A stretch of 64,000 nucleotides of DNA from Terriglobia bacterium (GTDB lineage: Bacteria > Acidobacteriota > Terriglobia > 20CM-2-55-15). Shown in pieces: positions 11,453 to 22,395 of the stretch. How positions within the stretch are numbered: the stretch's first letter is position 1; every line of letters begins with the position of its first letter. The DNA lies in NCBI GenBank assembly GCA_965198225.1, contig CBDAOY010000004.1:96001-160000 (forward strand), read 5' to 3'. The translations under genes and the position numbers were made by a program. The notes below the pieces were generated by a model. It saw nothing but the letters and a program-made list of their open reading frames with translations. It did not search any database and had not been told where the DNA came from.

Positions 11453-11840
11453 CCTACGTGCCCACATGGGCGGGTTTCCTGTATCTGGCCGTCGTTGTCG
11501 ACGTTTTCAGTCGCCGTGTGGTTGGCTGGTCGATGGCGAATCATCTGCGCACCGCACTCGTCTTGCAAGCGATGAACATGGCGATCTGGCAACGCCGCCC
11601 CGAGGAAGTCATTCATCACTCCGACCAAGGCACGCAATACACGTCGATCGCATTCGGACATCGCTGTAAGGAACTCGGCGTGCGACCATCGATGGGATCT
11701 GTCGGGGACTGCTATGACAACGCCCTATGTGAGAGTTTCTTCGCCACCCTGGAATGCGAGCTTCTCGACCGGAATAGTTTCCGCTCTCATGCCGACGCGC
11801 GGATGGCGATCTTTGACTTCATCGAGGGCTGGTACAGCAG

Positions 11841-12138
11841 TTTCAAACCTTGGCTTGAAACCCAACTATGAAACTGTCCACGAAAGCGGGGTAACTCCAG
11901 ATCACTTACCTTTTTTGTTTTGGGGTGATTCACTTTTTTTGATGATTCTTGCTTCGGCATTCGTCGCTGGACTATCTGTCACCGGCCTGCTACGAGCAGC
12001 GGTTTCAAACCTTGGCTTGAAACCCAACTATGAAACTGTCCACGAAAGCGGGGTAACTCCAGATCACAGATTCCACGATCCGCACTTACCTTTTTTGTTT
12101 TGGGGTGATTCACTTTTTTTGATGATTCTTGCTTCGGC
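11841..12138. repeat. Scrambled direct duplication of the IS3 right end and flank
   Basis: ~11841-11958 repeated at ~12003-12138. Confidence 0.85.
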
Positions 12139-12152
12139 TTTTTGGGCCTCCG

Positions 12153-12449
12153 CTATGCTCGATTTTTGTTGAATTCGGACTCTACGCCTTTCGACTCGGG
12201 AGACGATTTTTGTTGAATTCGGACTGGAGGACCACCCCGCACGGGATCAATTCCATCGGGCAGATGCTCCTTTAGGCGCGCGGTAACTCGACCTCTCTTT
12301 GCGACACCGACATAGAGAAGGTTCCTCTTGTCGTCCTCGATCGACCGTCTTGTCCTTTGCGAGGCCTTCAACCCGTAGACGACCGTCTTGTCCTTTGCGA
12401 GGCCTTCAATTCCTTCGTTGTCAAATTTACCGCTCTTCTTGCTAGGCAT
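12153..12449 (-). CDS. Small GIY-YIG-like protein, possibly disrupted
   Basis: VVYGL...LLYVGVAKRGRVTARLKEH; short internal duplication. Confidence 0.55.
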   Translation of the reverse strand: MPSKKSGKFDNEGIEGLAKDKTVVYGLKASQRTRRSIEDDKRNLLYVGVAKRGRVTARLKEHLPDGIDPVRGGPPVRIQQKSSPESKGVESEFNKNRA

Positions 12450-12832
12450 ACCTATCTCCTTTGTGACTTATGACGTAAAGACCTTGTTCTGAAGCCACCC
12501 CCGTAGTCCTCTCTAGGGCGACCAAACGATTCCGGTCTGCGACTCCCGGGTTTATACACGCACCTTTCGACTTCTAAGATTATGGGGCCGGACCATCGAG
12601 TCTACCGTAGTGCTTGACTTCTTCGATGCTAAGAGTGGCGAGTTGCTGGCCTAGCAAGGGTACAACCCAGATTCGTGTAGAGTCGACGACTGGCGCGGTA
12701 GCGTCTCATCGCCGCCGCTACGACCACCAACCGTCGACCCTTTCCGGGCACATGCCCCACGCGCGAGTCCACCGGCGACTGGGCCGGGGTCGCCGCCCGC
12801 TGTGGAGATCGTTGAGTGAACCACGGATCCCG

Positions 12833-13624
12833 TTAGAACGCGTACCGCAAGGACATGCTGACGCTATGGAGGGATAGGTCCGCTGTCGTTGCGCCAAGAT
12901 CCAATGCAAGAGGTCCACGGCTCCGGTCCTGCCAGACGACGTGGCCGACGGCTTGCCCAGTTTCGACCGCCCCCATATCCGAATAAGACCAAGCGAAATC
13001 GATCCGCCAGTTTTCCGTCAGCGATGTCGCCAGTCCCGCCGTCAGCATCCACGCGGCATTGACCCGTTGGCCGTTCGGAACGATCGTCGTTGTGCGGGGA
13101 AAAATCATACGCATTTCGGCGATCGTGACTCGGGAGACGCCGGCGCCGATGCCGGCGAAAGGCATGAATCGATGGTAACTGATTTCAGGAAAGTCACGAT
13201 GAATCGCAAGCATCCCCGAGAGTGAGGACAAATCGGCTGTGACACTCTGTTCGGTTGCGGTTTGGACGAAATTAGCCCGGCCTTGGAAGGCGAAGTTCGG
13301 GCGATAACGAAGAATGGCTTCCAACCGTACAGCTGACTCGAGGGCATAGCCCACCCCGAGTTCGACACCGCCTGTCCTTGCAAAATTCCCAACGGAACCG
13401 ATCGGAGTGCCATCCACTCCGGTTCCGCACCCATACAGGGCGGCCGGGGAGATGCTGGAACAGTCGGTGTCCCGAAATCGCGTCGTACCAAGCCAGTCCA
13501 GGACCAGCCCCGTCCGGACATACATGCCGTCCGAAGGCTCCTGCGCGACGGCGATGTTCGGGACACCGACTGCGATCAGTGTCAGGGCCATAGCCACCCG
13601 GCAACCTGATGACAACAACTTCAC
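12833..13624 (-). CDS. Outer-membrane beta-barrel protein (opacity/porin-like)
   Basis: Signal peptide, PFAGIGAG, terminal LRYAF. Confidence 0.8.
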   Translation of the reverse strand: MKLLSSGCRVAMALTLIAVGVPNIAVAQEPSDGMYVRTGLVLDWLGTTRFRDTDCSSISPAALYGCGTGVDGTPIGSVGNFARTGGVELGVGYALESAVRLEAILRYRPNFAFQGRANFVQTATEQSVTADLSSLSGMLAIHRDFPEISYHRFMPFAGIGAGVSRVTIAEMRMIFPRTTTIVPNGQRVNAAWMLTAGLATSLTENWRIDFAWSYSDMGAVETGQAVGHVVWQDRSRGPLALDLGATTADLSLHSVSMSLRYAF

Positions 13625-14344
13625 CGTAAGTCCTTTCCTACCGTCGGGTCGGGAGGGTTGGGGTGCATCCAGTCCTCACGGGTGCACTAAAGGTATAGAG
13701 TTGCTCCCTAACGGGCTTCACGGCCCACCCTCCGTTGCTTGGCTACTGGTGCTTGGATCAGTTCGATCGACAGGATCTGTCGCACGAGTTCGAGGATTTC
13801 TCCGAACGACATGCCTCGACCCCGGGCGGCGGCGTGTTCGCGCAACAGTTTCGCCGCGGTAGCACCAGCCTTGCGCCAGCGTAATCTGGGAAGGTCGCAG
13901 CAGACGTCGTCGAACGTCTCGTAGTCCAGACAAATGGGGATTACGAAGTGTCTTCTACCTTGTTCCTGGTCCGACGTACGGGCGGCTTCTTGCCAGGGTT
14001 TCCGCTCTTTTCCATGTATTTCTGTCCGAGCTTCATCCCGAATGCTCCCGCCAACAGGTACGTGATGTGGACCCCATCCACCGCCGCTGGACCCATGGCG
14101 GCTCTCACCGCCATCATCCCGATCGCCCGCCAGCAAAGCGATGAGCGACATGAGTCTGGCTGTGGAGGCTTGCCCGGCATCATCTGACAAAATCTGTTTG
14201 AGGAATTCCAACACTTTGGAGTCACCGCTATGCTCGATTCTTGTTTAATTCCAACTTTCGCTCCATCACGGGTTGTTTGCGGGATGGGGCGAAATCCTAC
14301 GGTAAACGGGTGCTCGGTCAACAGTGGGGTCTTCCGGCTCAGGA

Positions 14345-14430
14345 GGCGAGGGCTTTCTGTCTCGACTTCGAAAGCGCGGTCTGCGGGGTGTGGAGTTCGT
14401 GATGACCGAAGACCATGCCGGGTTGGAGCT
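14345..14430 (+). pseudogene. IS256 transposase fragment
   Basis: FLSRLRKRGLRGVEFVMTEDHAGL. Confidence 0.65.
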
Positions 14431-14596
14431 CGGCGGCGAGCTCGACGTTCAGATCAGACCGGGAAATCTATTGTCTTTTCAGGACGAATATCGATTGATC
14501 GTTGGACAGTGCACCGGGAAACAAGGCGGGGGCAGATTGAAACGATGTCTGTGAATCGCACATCTTCACTTTTCAGTGATCGTTTACACTGCTGAC

Positions 14597-14752
14597 TGGC
14601 CGAGCGGCGACCGGCATGACACGGCGTGAAACCGGCGGGAGGCTCTCGGGCGGAACGTGGGAACCTGGCGCTCCGATGCCAAGGGAGACCTCCAGACGGC
14701 ACCCACGAGAAGCCGAGTACCAATGTGGAGCGCAGGGACGGCCGGGTCTGCC
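14597..14752 (+). mobile_element. Class D-like group II intron RNA relic (3' part of domain I and domain II)
   Basis: GCGGAACGTGGGAACCT...CGATG..AAGGGAGA shared with the introns at 52400 and 54282. Confidence 0.65.
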
Positions 14753-14785
14753 CGATTAATTCATTCAGTGCGAGGATTCGTGAGT

Positions 14786-15275
14786 ATGCTGAAGACAAAG
14801 ACAAAATGGTTGGGCTCGCCATGGGTTCTGGCCGGTGTTCTTGCGGTTACGGTTGGCGCCTCAACTGACGCGGCAGCGCAAGCGGTCAAGAAGTCCTCCT
14901 CGGGCATTTGTCATTGTCCAGGCGGGCAGTTCTATGATCGGACGACGAACTTCACGGAATACGAAACCCTAGAGGCCTGTCTGGACAGCGGCGGCCGAGA
15001 GCCACGGCGCGGTCAAGTGGATTGCCGAATGGAGTCTTCTTCCGACGCTACCGCATTAATGCGGCCACCGGACCGTTATGAGCGGAGCGCGTTCGGGGGG
15101 TGGAGCGACGAGGATGGCGACCGCCAGAACACGCGGCACGAGCGCCTCATTGCACGATCCACGGCACCGGTAGAGCTTTCCGAAGACGGCTGCCAGATTC
15201 TCCGTGGCCGCTGGATGGACCCCTACACTGGAAACGTCCATGTTGCGGCTCAGGAGATCGAGATCGACCACCTAG
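14786..15275 (+). pseudogene. Secreted DUF1524/HNH-like nuclease, truncated by a MITE
   Basis: Signal peptide; YERSAFGGWSDEDGD, GRWMDPYTG, IEIDHL. Confidence 0.7.
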
Positions 15276-15397
15276 GAGCCTGTCGGACTAGGGATAGCCG
15301 ATTCACCCATCTCATTGATATTATTGCGTTTAAAATTTTGTTCTGGAAAGACCCCGTGTTGAAAAGAAAGGCCTTACGCCGAAAGTCCGACAGACTG
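15276..15397. mobile_element. 122-bp MITE flanked by CTAG duplication
   Basis: IRs GAGCCTGTCGGACT / AGTCCGACAGACTG (12/14); CTAG at 15272-15275 and 15398-15401. Confidence 0.8.
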
Positions 15398-15848
15398 CTA
15401 GTGGTAGCCTAAACTCTGTAACGTTAACAGGGACTCCCGATTCGTCGGCCCCCCTGCTCAATATAACAGCCATAACTCAAGGTGCAGGGTAGCTCCCGGC
15501 GCCTGTGGCGAATATGCAGGACTCTGGGACGTTGCAAGGCCCGGCACCCCTTTGCTGCGGCCCTCAATCAGAAATGGAGGCAAACATGCCCAAGATGAAA
15601 CTGATCGCGCTTGCGCTCCTAGTGGCGGCCAGCCTGTTGGTTGTGGCGGTTCAAGCTCAGACGACAACGACGACAGAAGAAGCGGCTACGACAGACGCCA
15701 GCATAGAGTGGAAAATGTTCTCCGGAAATATCGCCGGGTACGGTGGTGCTGTAGAAACGCGCTGGAAACCTCTCCCGAAGATTGTGGAACAGCCCGTCAT
15801 ATGGGGGTGTCTAAGCGAGCAGAATTATTGCCCAGGGAGAACGGCCAT

Positions 15849-16655
15849 ATGAAAGCACTCCTGCGTGCGCTGATCATCTCGCTTCTGACTGCCACCAACT
15901 CTGCCGCACAAGTTGAAGTCGAGCCATCGGTAGCCGAGGTGCGAGCTGCATTTCTGGATTACGTTGACGCCGAGAACGAGGCCGACGTCGATCGCATCGC
16001 GGAGCACTACTTTCCAGGGACATTCAGCAGTTTTGGCCCGCGCGGCGGACACTTGAACTTGAGCGACCTGGATGGGTCGGCAGAAACATTGAAGAACTCT
16101 GTTGCGGCCGAAATAGCCGCCGGTCGAGAAATCAGTATCTTCACCAGGGATCTGAAAGTTCATGTCTATGGAAGAAGCGCCGTCGTTACCGGTTATTGGG
16201 GTGGCAGCATCAAGTCGGCAGCGGAACGACTACCGGATTTTGGCCCCTGGCGGTTCTCTTCCATTTGGGTGAAGGACGGAGGCGACTGGAAGGAAGCTCA
16301 TCGGCATACTTCGTTGCTGGAAGCTCAATTGCCAGGCGCCGTGCCACCCCCTCCTCCGCCACCGCCATCGCGCATGCGAGTCAGACCGCAGGTCATGGAA
16401 CGCAACCTGACCCAGTATGTTCGTCCGGAGTATCCAATGGCGGCCCAGGAGGCCCGAATAGAAGGTTCGGTGATGCTGGAGGTCGTCGTGGACGTTCTCG
16501 GTGCAGTCGCGAGTATCCGAGTGATCAGCGGGCATCCGCTATTGCGGTCCTCTGCCACCGATGCCGTAGGGCAGTGGCGCTATAGACCGATACAGCTCAA
16601 CGGCCAACCCGTAGAGGCTGTAACCACTGTTACGATCGTGTTCCCACCGGAATGA
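15849..16655 (+). CDS. Secreted NTF2/DUF4440-like domain fused to a TonB C-terminal domain
   Basis: Signal peptide, SnoaL-like region, polyproline linker, PEYPMAAQEARIEGSV...GHPLL...QWRYRP. Confidence 0.8.
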   Translation: MKALLRALIISLLTATNSAAQVEVEPSVAEVRAAFLDYVDAENEADVDRIAEHYFPGTFSSFGPRGGHLNLSDLDGSAETLKNSVAAEIAAGREISIFTRDLKVHVYGRSAVVTGYWGGSIKSAAERLPDFGPWRFSSIWVKDGGDWKEAHRHTSLLEAQLPGAVPPPPPPPPSRMRVRPQVMERNLTQYVRPEYPMAAQEARIEGSVMLEVVVDVLGAVASIRVISGHPLLRSSATDAVGQWRYRPIQLNGQPVEAVTTVTIVFPPE

Positions 16656-16715
16656 ACCCCTGGAAGAGGATCGACGATACCGACTGTCTTCGGTGGAGAA
16701 TTCAGCCCTGCGAAC

Positions 16716-17721
16716 TGTAGATATGTAGGAGGCTATCGGACAGTCTTATTCTGATTTGTCCCCCAGAAGGAGGCTGTATCGATGAACCAAGATCAACGGG
16801 AGATTCGAAGGAAGCGTCGGATACTGGAACACGCTCAAAGAACCGGAAACATCAGCAAGACGTGTCGATATTTCGGCGTCTCTCGGTCGACATTCTATTT
16901 GTGGGAGCAAGCGTATCAGGCCGGTGGAGAGCAGAGTCTCGTTCGGAAGAAGCCAATTCCGCATCAGATGCCGAACCAGACAACCGCCGAAGTGGTGGAA
17001 AAGGTTCTGCATCTGCGCCGAACTTATCACCTGGACCCGATTCGGATCGTCTGGTACCTGGAACGCTACCATGCCATCCGGATCTCCGACGCCGGCGTGT
17101 ATCGGATTCTAAGGCGCCATGGATTGAACAGGTTGCCGCGTCGGGTGGGTCGCCGGGCTGTCCATACCCAACGCTATAACAAGCAGGTTCCAGGGCACCA
17201 CGTCCAGGTCGACGTCAAGTTCTTGACCCTATGCAAGAGCGACGACCCACCCGTCAAACGGTATCCATACACCGCCATTGACGACGCAACCCGAATCCGG
17301 GCCCTGAAGATCTATCCGCGCCACACGCAAAAGAACGCGATCGCATTCGTCGATCATGTACTGGAAACGTTCCCGTTTCGTGTGCAGAGTATCCGAACTG
17401 ACCGGGGGCACGAGTTCTAGGCCAAGTTTCACTGGCACGTCGAAGACAAAGGCATTCGGCACGTCTATATCAAACCGCGTTCTCCGCAGCTGAACGGTAA
17501 AGTCGAACGCTCTCACCGCACTGATCAGGAAGAGTTCTACCAGCTTCTCGACTACGTCAACGATGTGGATTTGACCAAGAAACTCGCCGAGTGGGAACGC
17601 TTCTACAACCTCACTCGACCCCATTGGGTATTCCGCTTTCGGCGGCCAAACCCCCTATGAGGCACTCCGAGAACGATTACAATAGACCCTCTTACTGTCC
17701 GACCAGCTCGTGCATATCACA
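16716..17721 (+). mobile_element. IS481-family element with inactivated transposase
   Basis: TGT...ACA ends with imperfect IRs; ORF from 16782 stops at TAG 17418-17420 and homology continues (SPQLNGKVERSH). Confidence 0.88.
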
Positions 17722-17926
17722 AGTGGCACCGGCTTCCCCATCGGCTCGACCTCCTTCCCGACAGGTGCGGCCCACACGCGGCGGGGCCGCGTGTGGAAAC
17801 CATGCCCCGATTTCCTGGACAGCGCGACTCTGGCCGGATTCCGGCGCATGCTCCACTCGCCATGAGATCGCCGGACGCCGGCTGCGGCCGATCCTCATTC
17901 GGAATAATGAATTCTTTACCCTCGGC

Positions 17927-17970
17927 GGTCACCCAAAACCGGCCAATGGTGGTCACCTGAAAACCGGCCA
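17927..17970 (+). repeat. IS21-like terminal repeat relic
   Basis: GGTCACC(C/TG)AAAACCGGCCA twice. Confidence 0.5.
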
Positions 17971-18473
17971 ACGAAGTGACCACCGACCCGGAGGCCGAGA
18001 ATCCGGTTTCGGCAGAGTCGTCGGCTCCCCCTCCAAGCCCACCGTCGGGCAGTTCCTGCGACGTTCTCCCGCCCGTAGGGCGCCAGCGCGAATTGAATCC
18101 CTTCAATAGTGCCCTCCCGGTGCCGGCGCTGCCGAACCAGGCGGGCCGGTTCGCCAACGCGCAGCTCGGAGGCCTCCACGCCGGGAGGAATCGATTCGTA
18201 TTCAATCGTCATTCTTTGAGTGGGCCGCCGAGCGCTGGAATGGCGGCCCTGGAGTGCCGGCGCCGCCGCCGACCATCGGGCCGAGCGGATATTGCGGGGC
18301 TGGACCGCAGACTTCAAAGACGGGCCCGAGGCCAGGGGAACGCCGGTCCGGATCGACACGTTCGAGGTCTGGCGGTCCGCGCGGATTTTCGGCGGGGAGG
18401 CCTGAGTCCCGGGAGCGACAGACATGGCGGTTTCGCGTCCTGAAATAAGGTTCTCTTTCCCGGAGGGTTCTTC

Positions 18474-18870
18474 CCTCCTCCGTGCCGCACCAGCGGGGGT
18501 AGCTTTTCACACCCTCCGTGCCGCACCGCGGTGTGAAAAATACAGGTGGGGGGTATTCACACCCTCCGTGCCGCACCAGCAGGAGGGGCTTTTCACACGG
18601 CCGTGCCGCATCAGCGGGGGTTTTTCTCGGCTGAGAATTGCAGTATGTCATTCACGATGAAAGAGTTAAGCGCTATACCGGCGGGGGAAGCCCCTCACAC
18701 GCCCGTGCCGCACCAGCGGGGGGTGGCTCTCACGGCACGAATGCCGGGAGCGACCCCCCTTTTTACCCCTCTAGTGCGGCACGGCACCCCGGGTTTTTTC
18801 ACACCCTCCGTGCCGCACCAGCAGGGGGGGCTTTTCACACGGCCGGCCTGGCCGGCCGTGTGAAAAAAAG
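18474..18870. repeat. Iteron-like repeat cluster upstream of rep
   Basis: CCGTGCCGCA core at ~18480, 18516, 18566, 18601, 18703, 18808 plus an inverted copy near 18775. Confidence 0.75.
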
Positions 18871-18942
18871 GGAGGTCGCTCCCGTCTCATTTATCCCTGC
18901 GGGAAGGCTCGGAACCGACCCGGTCCGGAGGACCCTTCTGAT

Positions 18943-19235
18943 ATGCAATGGCGGCATGTGGTCCTGATCCTTCTCGGGCTCGCGGTGGCGGTTGGGCGGT
19001 CCATCGTCTGGCCGTTTCCCGACCCCTCCACCGTCCCGGTCCTGGTCCTGATCGGAGTGGCTTCGCCCCGCCTCCTTGCGGCCATCCACGCATGGTATGT
19101 CGCCGCGCCCGGGCTGGTCCTGGAAGTCAAGGGCGACTTCTGCCATGACATCCGGCGCATTCTCTCCGAGACGGGCCGGGGGATCGGATTACGTCGAATT
19201 GAGCATGAATGGCCGCTGGTACTGGAACCCCCTCT
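18943..19235 (+). pseudogene. Conjugative coupling protein (TraD/VirD4-like) relic
   Basis: TM segment then GLVLEVKGDFCHDIRRIL..GR, frameshift, DYVELS...WNPL. Confidence 0.55.
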
Positions 19236-19288
19236 CATCCGGGCGAGTCCCCCAACCTGTCCCGACCCAACCCGAAGATGAATTCTTA

Positions 19289-20203
19289 ATGAAGAACCAC
19301 GGAGAGGACGGATGGAAACCTCAGGTGAAGCATCATTTCTCTCTGCTTGACCAAGTGAACGCCTTGGTCGGGGCGCGTGACGCCGATCCGGAAGTGGGCT
19401 TCATGGCGCGGCTGCTGGCACTGTGCATCCTGCCCCGCACCAATCCCGGCGAACAGTATCAGTACAAGCGCATCAATGGGCCGTACCAGCTCATCTTGAG
19501 TCGGACGGGCGACTATAGGCTGCCCTTCGGCAACCTGCCCCGACTGCTTCTGGCCTGGGTCTGCACCGAAGCGGTCCGGACCCAGAGCCGCGAACTCGTC
19601 CTTGGGCGCTCGCTCTCGGAGTTCATGCGCAAGATGGACATTCTGAGCAGCGACAGTGGAGGTGCCTGGGGAATCCGGACGCGGCTACGCAACCAAATGG
19701 ATCGGCTGTTTCACGCGACTGTTCAGTTGATGTACAAGGATGAGAAAGGAACCGCAAGCGTGGGATCGCTGATCGCCGACCGCACGGAACTCTGGTGGGA
19801 TCCCAAGAGCCCCGATGAGGCGGTCCTGTGGGAGAGCAAGCTCCGGCTGGGTGAAGAGTTCTTCAACGAAATCATCCGCCGTCCCGTGCCGCTGGACATT
19901 CACATCCTGAAGGCGCTGAAGAGGTCACCGCTGGGCCTCGACCTGTACATGTGGCTAGTCTACCGGACCTTTGCATTGAATCGTCAAGTGCAGATCTCTT
20001 GGCCGATGCTTTACCGGCAGTTCGGGGCGGACCCATCTCGGGCGACTGATAACTGCACCGTCCAAGATTTCCGCAAGGACTGCCTTCGCGAGTTGAAGAA
20101 GATCCAAACGGCCTGGCCGGGTCTGAACTACGGCACAGCCAAGGGCGTGTTGTTTCTCCGCCCGTCTGAGCCATCGGTTCCTCGTCTTACCCTCGTTGAG
20201 TAG
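19289..20203 (+). CDS. repA: Plasmid replication protein RepA (RepA_C family)
   Basis: LPFGNLPRLLLAWVCTEAVRT, GRSLSEFM, PVPLD...SPLGLDLYMWL, QFGA. Confidence 0.88.
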   Translation: MKNHGEDGWKPQVKHHFSLLDQVNALVGARDADPEVGFMARLLALCILPRTNPGEQYQYKRINGPYQLILSRTGDYRLPFGNLPRLLLAWVCTEAVRTQSRELVLGRSLSEFMRKMDILSSDSGGAWGIRTRLRNQMDRLFHATVQLMYKDEKGTASVGSLIADRTELWWDPKSPDEAVLWESKLRLGEEFFNEIIRRPVPLDIHILKALKRSPLGLDLYMWLVYRTFALNRQVQISWPMLYRQFGADPSRATDNCTVQDFRKDCLRELKKIQTAWPGLNYGTAKGVLFLRPSEPSVPRLTLVE

Positions 20204-20335
20204 TGTTCTTCTCTGGGGGTGTCCCTCCCTCCAGTTGTGGTCTCCGGATCCTCCGGGTCTGCACCAGAGTTTTTCAACAATTGCCGCCTTTCCCGCTAGT
20301 TGAATAAACTACTTGTTCTTACTACTTAGAGGGTG

Positions 20336-20405
20336 GGGTGTTTATGCGGGTACTTTACGGCCTATATGGGGTGTTTATGCGGAATGCCTATAGGGTGTTT
20401 ATGCG
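20336..20405 (+). repeat. Three iteron-like GGGTGTTTATGCG repeats beside an AT-rich tract (putative oriV)
   Basis: 20336-20348, 20369-20381, 20393-20405; AT-rich ~20270-20330. Confidence 0.7.
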
Positions 20406-20941
20406 TGGAAAACTCCCCGAAATCACAGCGTTCTGTGGAAAAGCCTAAACGGCCCTCAGCGGGCGTCTGGCGGTTTTGAAGCTGGCTGGTAGGTCCCGTC
20501 CGAACGGTCGTTCGTCGCTCTTGGGCGATCTTGGGGCGTTCTATGGAAGGGGCTTTGCTTGGCGGCCTTTCGTCCGGCGGCGGGAGTGGCGATACCGGAG
20601 GCATTTCTGGCACGAGGGATCGGCCGCGTCGACTTGCTCACGCAGGACGAAGAGCCCGCATAGCGTCGGGGTTAGCCCTCCGGGTACGTCCCTGGTCGGG
20701 TCTTGGATGTGGGTTTTCGGCTTTGCCATGGGAAGTGGGTCCCCTTCCAGCTCGAGAAAAAGCGGCGGACCCGGCAACTGCAGCGCGCGGCCGGTCTGTC
20801 AGGTTTCAGTCTTGCGTCAGTGCCGCTCGATCGGATGTCCACAGGCCGAGCAGTAAGCCATCTCAATCGCGAGGTCGGGCTCGATGTTCCTGTGACAATT
20901 GGGGCAGGATGGTGCCTCTTCCTGCGGGGATCTTTTCGTAG

Positions 20942-21672
20942 TCATCGATTTCCTTCCGTTTCCGATCCTAACCGAAATCGCCGTCCCATAGTGCAGACCG
21001 AGATGCGCTCGACGATGTTGCGGGTGACACGGCGGGCGCGGCGGTCATAGACCTGGGTGGAGGAGGAGGCGCTGTGACCGACCAAATATTGCACATCCTT
21101 GACGGGGACGTTCTGGGACAGCAGGTCGGTGACGACCATCACGCGGAACGAGTGCGGGCTGATGATGTCGGGTAGGCCGACATCGCGGAGCTAGCGGCTT
21201 GAGCATGAAACGGATCGTCTGGGCGGCGATGCCGCGGTCCTGGACGGCGCGGCGGCGGAACCAGGCGGCGCGAAAAGCGGGGAGTCCTTCGGATCGTCGG
21301 CAATGCCGGCCGCGGCGATGTATTCCTGGAGCCACTGGTCGAGGTCATCGCGAACTGGGATCTCCCGTTCCTTCCCCCCTTTCTCCTGAAACCGCAGCGT
21401 ACGGTGCTCGCCGTGATCCCGGAGATCGCGCAGGGCCAGGCGCGCAATGGCGCCGACGCGGGCGCCGGTGTAGGTGAGGGTGCCAGGAACCGGCGGATGG
21501 TGCGGCCGTAGGCGCGGTGGGTGTGGGGGTTGGAGATGCGGGCCGAGAAGAACTCCTCGGCTGCCAAGCAGGCGCTTGCGCCGGCCCGCTCGAGGATCGC
21601 CGGGAAGCCGCCGGCCCACCCTCCGGAAGGGACCTCTGCCGGCTGGGGAGCAGTGGGAACCAGATCGTTCAT
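20942..21672 (-). pseudogene. Tyrosine recombinase/integrase, frameshifted
   Basis: YTGARVGA, EKGGKEREIP, HSFR, LVGHS...TQVYDRR split over frames. Confidence 0.85.
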
Positions 21673-21707
21673 AAACACACCGATAACATATTCTGTAGCG
21701 GCCGAAG

Positions 21708-22010
21708 CATGCTGGAAATTTCGGCTTGCGCGCCGGGTTGTGTGGATGGCCGTCGTGGCCATCATTCTGGCGCCGCTGGTGGAACTGGTGGCCCGGGGGG
21801 TGAGCCCTTGGCTGAACGCCGTGCAGGTTTTGCGGACGGTCTTCACCCGGCCCGCTCGCCCAACGGGCTGCCCCTGATCGCGATTGTCATCGGAGGACTG
21901 ATATTTGCTTTCGGAGAGGGCGGGAGCAAATGCGTGATCGCTGGCATCGTCTTCGGGTTGGGCATGGCGCTGGGCGCGACGAACTTCCTGAACTGGCTTT
22001 TCCCCGGCTC
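21708..22010 (+). pseudogene. TrbC/VirB2-family pilin, frameshifted
   Basis: SPWLNAVQVL..FT then LIAIVIGGLIFAFGEGGSK...ALGATNFLNWLF. Confidence 0.7.
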
Positions 22011-22395
22011 GATCCGCCGTGTGTGGCCTCTGCCGAAAGATCCGCCCGGTTGGGAACGGATCTATGAGGGTTCCTTCCTCGAAGCCGCGCGGGTTACGCA
22101 GCTCTCCGGAGACTCCCCGGGCCGGTTCTCGCCAACATTGCCCTGACCTGCAACGGATACTGATTCGCTGCGGCGGCCGCACGGTCGGTACGGCCGTCGG
22201 CGTGGACAACGCCGACCAAGAGCAGCTGGCCATCGGGTTTCGCACCGGCTCATTTTCCCGGACGGCCGCTCAGGGCCCAGGACCTTTCCGCTCTCGATCA
22301 GCTCGTCCATTGGGGCGTACAGCTTCGCGCCGAACGATTAAGTATGATATGTTATAGTATGATACTAAATAATATTAAATCATATAGGACGAGTA

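Larger units (their letters stand above)
9074..11899 (+). mobile_element. IS3-family element remnant (OrfB) interrupted by a group II intron
   Basis: GRKRVARLMK...ELWVADI|TYVPTW...HHSDQGTQYTS...YDNALCESFF; right IR ending GGGGTAACTCCA at 11899. Confidence 0.9.

Noticed and set aside
10927-11871. 314-aa ORF as an RT-integrase fusion
   Set aside because: The N-terminal part is an off-frame reading of the intron; only 11453 onward is IS3 coding sequence.
17418-17420. TAG readthrough or recoding in the IS481 transposase
   Set aside because: A single CAG-to-TAG change with further damage downstream; TAG acts as a normal stop elsewhere in the window.
18474-18870. Possible CRISPR array
   Set aside because: Repeats are degenerate, irregularly spaced and partly inverted, intervening sequences are not unique, and no cas genes are present.
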